Origin: an uncultured Acidobacteriota bacterium
GTDB taxonomy: Bacteria > Acidobacteriota > Thermoanaerobaculia > Gp7-AA8
Length of the DNA: 64,000 nt
NCBI GenBank assembly: GCA_963822445.1
Contig: CAWGHO010000002.1
Coordinates: 672,001-736,000 of the forward strand
Reading direction: 5' to 3'
Part shown: in pieces, positions 47,089 to 59,063 of the stretch
Numbering within the stretch: the stretch's first letter is position 1
Layout of the letters: each line of letters begins with the position of its first letter
Position numbers and translations under genes: made by a program
The notes under the pieces: model-generated
The model's input: the letters and a program-made list of their open reading frames with translations, nothing else
Databases searched by the model: none
What the model was told of the DNA's origin: nothing

Positions 47089-47392
47089 GAGCCACCGCCG
47101 ACGACAGGATGCGCTCGCGCCGATACTCGTTGTTGCTCTGTTCGATCCCTTCGCGCTCCGCGAGATCGACCTCACGGCCAAAAATCTCCCTCAGTTCGTC
47201 TTCCATGTGCGAGATGTCGTAGAGGCTCACGCGGGCGTTTTCGTCGAAACGAACGAGCACGTCCACGTCGCTGTCCGGCCGAAATTCGTCCGGTCGGACA
47301 GCACTCCCGAAAAGCGAAAACTCCGTCACCTTCCACTTTCTGCAGAAGTCGCGGAGTCTGTCCTTGTCGATCTCGATCGCGATGGTCGGCAT
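47078..47392 (-). CDS. Minimal nucleotidyltransferase (MntA-like antitoxin)
   Basis: FGSAVRPDEFRPDSDVDVLV and GREVDL. Confidence 0.9.
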   Translation of the reverse strand: MPTIAIEIDKDRLRDFCRKWKVTEFSLFGSAVRPDEFRPDSDVDVLVRFDENARVSLYDISHMEDELREIFGREVDLAEREGIEQSNNEYRRERILSSAVALEL

Positions 47393-47463
47393 CGCCGTTA
47401 GTCTACGGCTCATCCTCTAGAAAGTCGCTGACCGCCGCTACGACCGAGGCAGATCTCGCGAGA

Positions 47464-47723
47464 TCAACTTTCGATAAATATCGCGGGTAACGCGGCTTTC
47501 GCTTCACCACTCACCTGATTCGCCGCTTCGCCTATCAACGTCAGCCAGTGAAGCACGGCGAGTCCAGCGCCTGCGAGCCGGCTGTGATCACCGAAGACGT
47601 TCGCGTTTATCGAAACGTCTCCGGCCTGGTTACACTCCCGAAAAGCGAAAACTCCGTCACCTTCCACTTCCTGCAGAAGTCGCGGAGCCGGTCCTTGTCG
47701 AGATCGATCGCGATGGTCGCCAT
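47464..47723 (-). pseudogene. Decayed second MNT-HEPN module
   Basis: 38-aa truncated MNT (MATIAIDLDKDRLRDFCRKWKVTEFSLFGSVTRPETFR*, 47607-47723) and a HEPN fragment LAVLHWLTLIGEAANQVS. 47633-47738 repeats 47302-47407. Confidence 0.75.
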
Positions 47724-47741
47724 CGCCGTTAGTCTACGCGG

Positions 47742-48563
47742 TTACTCCTTTTTCAGGAGCGCTTCGCCGAGCTCGCGCGAGCGTCGCGTGGCGGCTTCGA
47801 CCGCATTCATCAGTGTCGTCCGCACTCCACCGTTCTCGAGCGTGTGCAGGCCGGTGATGGCCGTGCCGCCCGGCGAGGTGACCATGTCCTTCAGCCGTCC
47901 CGGATGCTCGTTGGTTTCGAGGAGCAGTTTCGCCGATCCGAACACCGTTTGCGCGGCCAGCAGTTGTGCGGTCCGCCGCGACAGACCGACTTTGACACCG
48001 GCGTCGCTCAGCGCTTCGAGGATGAGGAATACGTACGCCGGGCCCGATCCGGACAGCCCCGTAACCGCGTCGAGCGCCGATTCCTCGAGCACGACCGTCA
48101 ATCCAATCGCGTCGAAAATCTTCTTCGCCTCGGCCAGATCGCTTTCGCTGGCGTGGTCGCCGCCGGCGATCGCCGTGGCCGCCGCATCGACGAGCGCCGG
48201 CGTGTTCGGCATCGCCCGGACGACCCGAGTGCCCGCGGCCAGCCTGGCCTGAATCGCCGACACGGGAACGCCGGCGGCGATCGAGATCACCAGGGCGTCG
48301 GGCTTGATGATCTCCGCAACCTCCTCGAGCACGCGGCTGAGGATCTGCGGCTTGACCGACAGGACGACGATCTCCGCGGCCGCTGGCTTCGCGTTGTCGG
48401 TCGTCGCGTCGATGCCGTACTTCTCCCGCAGCTCGGCAACGCGCTCGTCACGCGGACCCGACGCGGAGATGTGCTCCGCCGCGAAATCCCTTCCGCGGAG
48501 GAGCCCCCGAATCATGGCCTCGGCCATGTTGCCGGCGCCGATGAACCCGATGGTGCGGGCCAT
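47742..48563 (-). CDS. proC: Pyrroline-5-carboxylate reductase
   Basis: GAGNMA, VKPQ, RAMPNTP, SGSGPAY and VTSPGGTA. Confidence 0.96.
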   Translation of the reverse strand: MARTIGFIGAGNMAEAMIRGLLRGRDFAAEHISASGPRDERVAELREKYGIDATTDNAKPAAAEIVVLSVKPQILSRVLEEVAEIIKPDALVISIAAGVPVSAIQARLAAGTRVVRAMPNTPALVDAAATAIAGGDHASESDLAEAKKIFDAIGLTVVLEESALDAVTGLSGSGPAYVFLILEALSDAGVKVGLSRRTAQLLAAQTVFGSAKLLLETNEHPGRLKDMVTSPGGTAITGLHTLENGGVRTTLMNAVEAATRRSRELGEALLKKE

Positions 48564-48568
48564 CAGCC

Positions 48569-51301
<2,733 letters not shown>

Positions 51302-51373
51302 GGCTTTCTCAATTCAGAAGAGTGGGTGACGCGCAGCAACAGGCGCGCCGTGCCGGAAGGAGAGGCGTGCTGC

Positions 51374-51631
51374 TCAGCAGCCGAGGCCGGGAGCGCGGGC
51401 GGCGGTGGAGCCGCGAAGCGGGCTGACCGGACGGCGAAAGCCCTGGCGATCCGAGCGGACGCGCGCGGCGCGGACGCGGGTGGGAGTGCGGACGGCGGCT
51501 CTCTCTTCGACGCGCGCCGCGGCACGGGACCCTCGGGCCACGGCGATCAGCGCGGCACCGGTCCGCGGAACCCGGTCGGCCGTTGCCGCCGCCATTCCGA
51601 AAGCCAATGCGATGAAGGAGAGGAGCGTCAT
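51374..51631 (-). CDS. Putative secretion-monitor arrest peptide (uORF ending in RAPG) upstream of secA
   Basis: Hydrophobic N-terminus MTLLSFIALAFGMAAATA, Arg-rich middle, C-terminal ...GSTAARAPGLGC*; stop 72 nt before the secA start. Confidence 0.6.
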   Translation of the reverse strand: MTLLSFIALAFGMAAATADRVPRTGAALIAVARGSRAAARVEERAAVRTPTRVRAARVRSDRQGFRRPVSPLRGSTAARAPGLGC

Positions 51632-51663
51632 GTTGAAAGGTTCGTCAGGGTATCAAATCGGCC

Positions 51664-52494
51664 CTAGGGCCGCAGCATTTCCAGCCGGTCGTAGGCCATC
51701 CACGTCTGGTGCCCGAGGAAGATGACCAGGGAGAAGTAGAGGACGGCGATGCCCGCGCGCTGGGCGGCTGTGACTTCGTAAAAGTGCTTGTCGGTCTTCT
51801 CGCGGACGATCGAGGCGTACACCTGAAACGCGGCGAGCAGAGCGATGACGATGATCAGCGGGTTGGGCTGATCGATGATTTTGTAGACGACCGCGCCGCC
51901 GCCGATGACCCACATCCACTTCGTGACCGCGGCGGAAATCCGCCCGCCGTCGAGCATGCCGATCGGGAGCAGATTGAAGAGATTCAGCGCGAATCCGAGG
52001 AGGGCGATGAAGAGGTACGTCGGGTCGAGCGACCACTTGTAGAACTGCAGCACGACCAGCGAGGCGATCGTGCCCGCGAACGGCCCGGCCAGACCGATCA
52101 GCGCATCGTCGTAAGCGGTGCGGGGCTGATCCTTCAGCGTGACCGCGCCGCCGATGAAGGGGATGAAGATCATGAATCCGACGCGGAGTCCTTTCGCGCG
52201 AATGACGACGGCATGACCGATCTCGTGGATGAGTGTGATCACGACGAAGCCGATGACGATCGCCAGCGGTTCCTGCGTGGCGTACGCGGCGATGGTGACG
52301 ACGAATGAGCCACCGGCGATCGCGTACTGCATCGCCCCGAAGCCTTCGAACGGGTTCACGAAGAGAATGCGGATCTTCTCGACCAGAACGATCACCAGCG
52401 TCTTCGCCTTGAGGGCGAAAACGGTGAGGAGCAGGATCAGGCCGGAAAGGAGCTTCGGAAACGTTCGCCGCCGCGGCGAAGATGTTGAAGACAT
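51664..52494 (-). CDS. M50 family site-2 metalloprotease
   Basis: HEIGH, AGP and NLFNLLPIGMLDGG. Confidence 0.9.
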   Translation of the reverse strand: MSSTSSPRRRTFPKLLSGLILLLTVFALKAKTLVIVLVEKIRILFVNPFEGFGAMQYAIAGGSFVVTIAAYATQEPLAIVIGFVVITLIHEIGHAVVIRAKGLRVGFMIFIPFIGGAVTLKDQPRTAYDDALIGLAGPFAGTIASLVVLQFYKWSLDPTYLFIALLGFALNLFNLLPIGMLDGGRISAAVTKWMWVIGGGAVVYKIIDQPNPLIIVIALLAAFQVYASIVREKTDKHFYEVTAAQRAGIAVLYFSLVIFLGHQTWMAYDRLEMLRP

Positions 52495-52557
52495 GGACTT
52501 TGTCGCGCATTACAACGTGGTTAAGGATGAGTAATTTCCGAGCTAGGATGCGCGGCA

Positions 52558-54146
52558 GTGTCCGAAGTCGACTCACTTCGCGCGCAGCTTCGCGAGCGCG
52601 GCTACCTGACGCATGGAATCGAGCGGTGGTTCGCGCTCGATCCCTGGAGCTCGCGGGCGTTCTGGGTGGAGCTGCTGGCGGTCGCGCTCAAGGCGGCCAC
52701 GCTGATCGCCGCGTTCGCTGCGCTGCCCATGACCACGGTCATGCTCTTCCGCAACTTCCCGCTCAATGCGTATGAGACGCTGGCTCTTTACCTGACCTAC
52801 GCCGCGGCCTGGCTGCTCGTCGCGTTCCTCTTCGTCATCCTGGCGGCGCTGATTCTGAAGCTGCGACCAGCCTTGCCAATCGACACCCCCTAGCACTCCT
52901 CGGAGTCTCGCTGGTCGCCGCGGCGATGCTGGTCCTCCCGATCGGCATCTGGTGGTATCGCTTTGATACCAAAGCGGTTACGGCGGAGCTGATCGTCGGC
53001 GTCGCACTCTGCGTAGTGTTCTTCCTCATGGCCACGATCATCGTTTCCGCGGCGCTGCTGTCGTTCTCGATTTACGAGCTCCAGCGGATTCCCGCCATTC
53101 ACGCCAAGCGGCGCGGCGGACCGATGACTGTAGCCGCGGCGGCGCTGATCGCGCTGCTGTTCGTGCCCGCGTATGCGCAACGGGAGCGAGCCGCGATCGA
53201 GCCCATGGTGGTGACGACGCCGACGACGACGCGCCTGGCTTTGATCGCCGTCGACGGCCTGACCTACGACGTCTTCCGCTCCCGCCCCGACCTCTTCCGC
53301 CTCCTGCCGGTGGTCGCACCGGTTCATCCGATCGCCGCGGCATCGACGACCGAGCGCTGGGCGTCGTTCGGCACGGGCGTTCGGACCGAGGCTCATGGCG
53401 TTCGGGCGATCGAAGGCGTGCGCTTCCGAGGCGGCCGGCACATCCTGCAGCGCATCTCCCGCGGCGATCTCGTGCTGATGAACACGCCGCTGGCGCGACG
53501 CGAGCCGTTGCCGCCGACCGTCCGCCGCCGCGATTACGTCTGGGAAATCGTCGCGGAGCGCGGCGTTCCCAGCGTCGCCGTGAATTGGTGGACGACGGCC
53601 GACGCGAGTGAGGGCGGATTGCTGTCGGTTGCGCCGGAGTCGATCTTCGCCGCGTCGAAAGGCGACGCGCTGAAAGTCGACGAGGCCGCGCGTCAACGAT
53701 TCCTCGCCTCACTCGACGGGCGGCGGCTGGCGACTGTCTATCTCCCCGCGCTCGACATCGTCCTGAATCGCCTCGAGCTCGATCAGACCGCGCGCCTCAC
53801 CGCGTCGTTGCGCGCCCTCGAGGCAATCACCGCGCTGGTCAACGACGTTCGCGCCCGCGGCTACGAGGTGATCATCGCGGGGATGCCCGGCGACGGCCAG
53901 AGCGGCACGGCCGTGATCGCATCGTCGATCGCGTTGAAAAAACCCATCCAGGCCTGGGACATCGCTCCCACCATCCTCGACCTCCTCGGCTTCCCCCTCT
54001 CGAACGAAATGCCCGGCCACGCGCTGTCCACGACGTCGCGTGAGCCGCGCATCGCCACGTACGGGCCGCGGACGAGCGCCGGGGCGGCGCAGGCTGTGAA
54101 TGAGGAGTACTACGAAAACTTGAGATCGCTGGGGTACATACGATGA
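52558..54146 (+). pseudogene. Membrane-anchored alkaline-phosphatase-superfamily-like protein, frameshifted at about 52886-52890 (or sequencing error)
   Basis: TM-rich N-terminus stops at CCCCC-TAG and continues in the -1 frame as LALLGVS...; IAVDGL, DIAPTILDLLG and LRSLGYI. Confidence 0.65.
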
Positions 54147-54244
54147 AGGCTCAGAGGCTCAAAGGCTCAGAGGCTCAAAGGCTCACAGGCGCAAAGGCGG
54201 ATAGCATCGCTTTGAGCCTCTGCGCCTTTGAGCCTTTGAGCCTT
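54146..54244. repeat. Inverted tandem 8-mer array (AGGCTCAG/A vs TTGAGCCT)
   Basis: aggctcagaggctcaaaggctcagaggctcaaaggctcacaggcgcaaag ... ctttgagcctctgcgcctttgagcctttgagcctt; same family as 947. Confidence 0.85.
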
Positions 54245-54260
54245 CCCGCAGGAGAACCGA

Positions 54261-56252
54261 ATGAGAAAACTCGCACTGATCACGGCGCTCGTCCTGGCGA
54301 CGACCGCGCTCGCCCAGAAACCGATCACCTTCGAAGACCTGGCCGCCGTCCGCCGCATCGGCGCGCCGAAGCTTTCGCCGGACGGGAAGTGGATCGCGTA
54401 CGACGTGAGCACGATCGATCTGCCCGGCAACATCCGCAAGAGCGCCCTCCATCTGATGCGCGCCGACGGCAGCAGCCCGAAGCAGATCACCGACGGCGTG
54501 AAGCAGGACGAAGGGCCGGAGTGGTCGCCAGACGGCAAGACCATCGCCTATGTCTCCAATCGCGACGGCAAGGGCAAGCAGGTCTGGCTGTACGACGTCG
54601 CCGGCGGGAAATCGACGAAGCTGACGAACATCTCCGGCGGCGCGGGCAACGTGCGGTGGATTCCCGACGGCTCCGGACTCGTCTTCGTCTCCGATGTTTA
54701 CCCCGACTGCGGCGTCGATCCGAAATGCGACGAGGAGAAAGGCGCGGCCGCCGAGAAGGCACCGACGAAGGCGCGCGTCATCGACTCGCTCTTCTATCGC
54801 CACTGGGATTCATGGCGAGAGGCAACGCGCGCACACATCATTCGCGTGTCGCGCGACGGCAAGAACCTGCGCGATCTGACGCCGGGGACGTTCGACGGCG
54901 GCGATTTCGACATCTCGCCGGACTCGAAAGAGCTGATCTTCACGCGCAACATCGAAAGGGACGCTGCGCGCTCGACGAACTCCGATCTCTTCACGGTTTC
55001 GCTCGCGAACGGCGAACCGAAAGCGATCACGACACGCACCGGCGCTGATGCAGCGCCTGCCTATTCGCCCGACGGGCGCTGGATTGCCTATCGGTCGCAG
55101 TCGCGGGCAACGTACGAGTCCGATCTGTGGGAGCTGTGGCTCTACGAGCGCGCAACGGGGGAGTCGAAGCGCATCGCCACCGATTTTGCGAACTGGATCG
55201 ACGACATCGCCTGGTCCGCTGACAGCAAGTCGATGTTCATTACCGCGCCGCTCGAAGGGAAGGGTGCGATCTACGAGATGACGCTCGACGGGCGCTCCAC
55301 ACTCATCGACAAGTCGGGCTCAGCCGCGGCGATTCAGGTCGCGCCGGACGCGAGCACGATCTATTACCAGCTCTCGACACTGCGCCGTCCCACGGACATC
55401 TACGCGTGGAAGCGCGGCAGGTCGCCGGTCCGCCTCACGAAGGAAAACGACGCCCTTCTTGCGCGCCTCAACCTCGGCACGACCGAGGACCTGTGGTGGA
55501 CGGGCGCGGAAGGCGCGCGCGTGCAGGGGCATCTCATCAAGCCGCCGAACTTCGATCCGTCGAAAAAATATCCGGCGATCGTGCTGATTCACGGGGGACC
55601 GCAGGGCGCGTGGGGCGACTCCTGGTCGTATCGCTGGAATCCGCAGATGTTCGCCGCGCGCGGTTACGTCGTGCTGATGCCGAATCCGCGCGGCTCGACC
55701 GGTTTCGGGCAGAAGTTCGTCGAGGAGATCAGCGGTGACTGGTCGGGGAAGGTCTACATCGACATCATGAACGGCGTCGACGCTTTCGCCGCGCTGCCGT
55801 ATGTCGACGCGAATCGCATGGGTGCCGCCGGCGGCTCCTACGGCGGCTACATGGTCAACTGGATCCTCGGCCACACAAACCGTTTCAAAGCGCTCGTCTC
55901 GCACGCCGGCCTGTTCAATCTCGAATCGTTCTACGGCGTGACCGAAGAGCTGTGGTTTCCGGAGTGGGAGTTCGGCGGTGCGCCGTGGGACAACCCGGAG
56001 ATGTACGAGCGCTGGTCACCGCATCGCCACGTGAAGAACTTCGCGACGCCGACGCTGGTCGTGCACGGCGAGCTCGATTTCCGCGTGCCCATCGGTGAAG
56101 GACTCATGCTCTTCACCGCGCTGCAGCGGCGAGGCATTCCGTCGAAGTTGTTGTATTTCCCCGATGAAGGGCACTGGGTGCTGAAGGCGCAGAACTCGAA
56201 GCTATGGCACGAGACGGTGCTGGGGTGGTTCGACGAGTATTTGAAGAAGTAG
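54261..56252 (+). CDS. S9 family peptidase (PD40 propeller plus alpha/beta hydrolase)
   Basis: WSPDGK repeats, HGGPQ, GGSYGG, HGELDFRV and DEGH. Confidence 0.95.
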   Translation: MRKLALITALVLATTALAQKPITFEDLAAVRRIGAPKLSPDGKWIAYDVSTIDLPGNIRKSALHLMRADGSSPKQITDGVKQDEGPEWSPDGKTIAYVSNRDGKGKQVWLYDVAGGKSTKLTNISGGAGNVRWIPDGSGLVFVSDVYPDCGVDPKCDEEKGAAAEKAPTKARVIDSLFYRHWDSWREATRAHIIRVSRDGKNLRDLTPGTFDGGDFDISPDSKELIFTRNIERDAARSTNSDLFTVSLANGEPKAITTRTGADAAPAYSPDGRWIAYRSQSRATYESDLWELWLYERATGESKRIATDFANWIDDIAWSADSKSMFITAPLEGKGAIYEMTLDGRSTLIDKSGSAAAIQVAPDASTIYYQLSTLRRPTDIYAWKRGRSPVRLTKENDALLARLNLGTTEDLWWTGAEGARVQGHLIKPPNFDPSKKYPAIVLIHGGPQGAWGDSWSYRWNPQMFAARGYVVLMPNPRGSTGFGQKFVEEISGDWSGKVYIDIMNGVDAFAALPYVDANRMGAAGGSYGGYMVNWILGHTNRFKALVSHAGLFNLESFYGVTEELWFPEWEFGGAPWDNPEMYERWSPHRHVKNFATPTLVVHGELDFRVPIGEGLMLFTALQRRGIPSKLLYFPDEGHWVLKAQNSKLWHETVLGWFDEYLKK

Positions 56253-56353
56253 GGGGCGTGGCCGTCTTCGGCCGCAACCGCCGGGCGTCTTCGCCCGGCG
56301 GACAGCGCGGGGCGAGATGCCCCGCGCGAGGCGGGCGAGACGCCCGCTCCCCG
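56252..56353. repeat. Composite REP-like palindrome between convergent genes
   Basis: Successive hairpins including GCCGGGCGTCTTCGCCCGGC and GCGGGCGAGACGCCCGCTCCCC; related to 39508-39626. Confidence 0.7.
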
Positions 56354-56358
56354 CCTAC

Positions 56359-56643
56359 TTAAGGCCGCGTGACCGTGCTCGGCGCCGCGGTTGTGCTGCC
56401 GATTCCCGTGCCGCCTTCTCCCGGTCCGAGGGCCGGGCGGGCCACGGTCGAGGTGATGCCGACCGCTTCCGCGTATTTCAGGTACGTGTCGATCGAGGCG
56501 ATGACGACGCGAGCTTCAACCGTGATCAGGTCGATGCCGACGAGGGAGATTCTGACCCACGCGTCGACCACGATGCCCTTGTCGAGAATCCGGTCGAGTA
56601 CATCGATGAGACTCGTGCCGCCTGGTGCGCGTTCAACTGCCAT
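56359..56643 (-). CDS. gvpA: Gas vesicle structural protein GvpA
   Basis: [52 protein letters not shown]. Confidence 0.95.
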   Translation of the reverse strand: MAVERAPGGTSLIDVLDRILDKGIVVDAWVRISLVGIDLITVEARVVIASIDTYLKYAEAVGITSTVARPALGPGEGGTGIGSTTAAPSTVTRP

Positions 56644-56646
56644 CGG

Positions 56647-56991
56647 TTACCTACCTTTCCTCTCTCCCGGTTTCCCCGCGGGAAGCGCAGAAGCGTTGAG
56701 TTGTCGTTCCAGATCGGCGATGCGGTTACGCAGCTCGTCGTATTCGGCGGCCTGCACGGCGCGGGGATCGGCCGAGTAGAAACGGTCCGAGCGCCACCAG
56801 TTGATGCCGATCGCCTCCGCCTTGTCGATCGAGCAGATGACCAGACGCAGCTGGATGGTGAGCAGCTCCACGTTCGCGAGCGACACCTTCACGTCGCCGG
56901 CGACCACGAGCCCCTTGTCCAGAATCTTGTCGAGGATGTCGACGAGCCCTTGCGGCTGTCTCTGGAGCGGTCCTCGATCCTCGAATGCCAA
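56647..56991 (-). CDS. gvpJ: GvpJ-like gas vesicle protein
   Basis: LVDILDKILDKGLVVAGDVKVSLANVELLTIQLRLVICSIDKA..IGINWW. Confidence 0.85.
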   Translation of the reverse strand: MAFEDRGPLQRQPQGLVDILDKILDKGLVVAGDVKVSLANVELLTIQLRLVICSIDKAEAIGINWWRSDRFYSADPRAVQAAEYDELRNRIADLERQLNASALPAGKPGERKGR

Positions 56992-57062
56992 TCTCGCCTC
57001 CGGTCAGTGGTGGATTGCTGTGTAAACGATTGCCGAGCGGGAGTCAATCAGATGTTCCCGCC

Positions 57063-57386
57063 TCACTCCCACATCTTCACCGGACCCAGCTTCATGTTCA
57101 GGTCTTCATCACTGAGTCCGAACGCGCGCTTGAGCTCGGCCATCTTCTCCTCGAGCTTCATCAGCGCATTTCCGAGCCGCTCGATCTCCTCGTCGGTAAG
57201 GTTGCCGGCATCCATGCGGCGAAGGGCCTGCTTTTCGAGAAGGCGCCGTACCAGCTCGATGATCGACAGAACGAGTTTCGCCAGACCGTTCTCGACAGAA
57301 TCCGAATCCGCGGCGATGCGCTCCGGCACCATCGAGTCGGTGAAGGAGAGCGCGTTGCGCAGCTCCGTCTCTTCATTCGTGATCAT
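57063..57386 (-). CDS. gvpK: Gas vesicle protein GvpK
   Basis: GLAKLVLSIIELVRRLLEKQALRRM...EIERLG..LM...DLNMKLGP. Confidence 0.92.
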   Translation of the reverse strand: MITNEETELRNALSFTDSMVPERIAADSDSVENGLAKLVLSIIELVRRLLEKQALRRMDAGNLTDEEIERLGNALMKLEEKMAELKRAFGLSDEDLNMKLGPVKMWE

Positions 57387-58008
57387 TCGCGAAGACCTCC
57401 AATGGCCACGGTCCCGAAAGCAGAAAGGGCACGCGCATCTCGCGCAGCTTCTCGCCGGCCTCGAGAACCGCGTCCACGTTGGCGCGGGCGATCAACATCG
57501 CCAGCTCCAGCGATTTCTCATCGCGATGAATCCAGCGATGCGACACCGACAGCGGCACGAGCGCGTGCTCCGCGGCTTCGCGAAACGACGGATCGACGGT
57601 CACCGCCTGCATCGCCGCGTGCAGCGCGCGCAGGTACTCAGCGCCGCTCGTGAAATCGCGGCGATCGGGTCGCGGCTGCGATGACGACGCGGCGACCTTC
57701 AGGGTCATCTCCACGTTCTCCCGATTCGCGGTGAGCAGTGTTTTCCAGCGACTGAGATGCGCCGCGACCTTCGACTCTGCCTCCGCCGCGCCGCCGACCG
57801 AGAAGCCGTAGCGGATGGCCACGAACGTGGCCACGTCCAGCAGTTTTCCGCGCACTTCCGCGACGCGCAGAAGCAATTCGCGATCGCCGACGGGCTGATC
57901 GTCCGCCACTTCGACAGCGCTCAGAAAGAGATCGGCGACCGGGAGGGCCACGGCGACCGGCTCGATGTCGTCGCGCAGGAGATGCGCGCCGATGATCACC
58001 GACTTCAT
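57373..58008 (-). CDS. GvpL/GvpF family protein (divergent)
   Basis: IRYG, SGAEYL and SGPWP motifs. Confidence 0.75.
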   Translation of the reverse strand: MKSVIIGAHLLRDDIEPVAVALPVADLFLSAVEVADDQPVGDRELLLRVAEVRGKLLDVATFVAIRYGFSVGGAAEAESKVAAHLSRWKTLLTANRENVEMTLKVAASSSQPRPDRRDFTSGAEYLRALHAAMQAVTVDPSFREAAEHALVPLSVSHRWIHRDEKSLELAMLIARANVDAVLEAGEKLREMRVPFLLSGPWPLEVFANDHE

Positions 58009-58181
58009 CGCTTTGTAGTCCGGATGATGGCGTCGACGTTGGCCAGGACGACGTTCAGTCCGAGGTAGAGGAGATCGACGTCGCCGATGGAGATGACTGC
58101 TTCGCCGGCGATGATCACCCCGCGGTCGAGCAGGTGATCGAGCGTTTCCAGCACCGGCAATTCCTGCAGTTCGTCAGGCAT
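58005..58181 (-). CDS. Small GvpA-family protein (GvpS/GvpM-like), below the ORF-track cutoff
   Basis: Manual translation MPDELQELPVLETLDHLLDRGVIIAGEAVISIGDVDLLYLGLNVVLANVDAIIRTTKR*. Confidence 0.85.
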   Translation of the reverse strand: MPDELQELPVLETLDHLLDRGVIIAGEAVISIGDVDLLYLGLNVVLANVDAIIRTTKR

Positions 58182-58935
58182 GGGCGAATGTGTATGGCGG
58201 CCACGGACCAGTCAGGGCAAGAGTGACGCCTTCGGCTTCGTAGCGGTTGATGAGGTCCGAGTGCAATTCCTGCAGCATCGCCTCTTCATCCCGGTTGATA
58301 AGCACGTTGATCTGCGGGAACGCACCTTCGCGTCGCTCGCGCGACTCCGAGACGGTCTCGCAGCGCAGCTTGTCGAGGACGGTCTTCTCGATCTCGGCGA
58401 CGACGTTCTGCTCGGCGACGTGCGACGCGCGCTTCTTTTCGTCGTCGAGTTTCTTTTTCAGCAGAAAGGCTTTGCCTGCGGACGCCGATTCGATCTGCTG
58501 TTCGAGGTCGCGCAGGGAGTCGACCCGTTTGCTGAGCGACTGACTCCAGCGCTGCGGCTCGAACTCCACTTTCAACGTCCACTCCTGTTTGCCATCGAGC
58601 CGGTCGAGGACGGTCCGCAAGGTTTCCGCGGTTTCGGTGAGGTAGGCGCGCAGGGCCTCGTCGCTGCTGAACAGCGTGAACGCGCGAAGCGGAATGACCG
58701 CCGTGGCCTTCATCAGATTCGCGACCACGTCCTGATGGCGATAGCCGATCGCGCCAAGCCACTCCAGATCGCCGGCGCGGCGATCGATCACTTCCTGCGA
58801 GAACTCCGCGTCCTTCACCGGTGTGTAGACCGCGGCCAGACCCTCGATCGTGGCCGCGCCGAAGTGCCGGCTCTGATCGACGGCTTCGCAGTCAGGAGTG
58901 ACCGGCTGGCGGGTGATCGCGTAGACGTAAATCAA
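58174..58935 (-). CDS. GvpL/GvpF family protein
   Basis: YVYAI, HQDVV, VIPLR, GKQEWTLK and TGPWPPYTF. Confidence 0.88.
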   Translation of the reverse strand: MIYVYAITRQPVTPDCEAVDQSRHFGAATIEGLAAVYTPVKDAEFSQEVIDRRAGDLEWLGAIGYRHQDVVANLMKATAVIPLRAFTLFSSDEALRAYLTETAETLRTVLDRLDGKQEWTLKVEFEPQRWSQSLSKRVDSLRDLEQQIESASAGKAFLLKKKLDDEKKRASHVAEQNVVAEIEKTVLDKLRCETVSESRERREGAFPQINVLINRDEEAMLQELHSDLINRYEAEGVTLALTGPWPPYTFAHA

Positions 58936-59063
58936 GTGAGGTTCTGCAGTTTATCCCGCGCGCAGACGCGGGATCTCCGGCGCACCAGCGTGGAATTACC
59001 GGCCATCGCTGCCGGTGCCACCGAAGATGCCGCGTCTGCGCGCGGCATGAACTATCCGTGAGG

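Noticed and set aside
52891-52893. TAG readthrough (pyrrolysine) in the phosphatase-like gene
   Set aside because: The continuation is in a different frame, so this is a frameshift, not an in-frame stop
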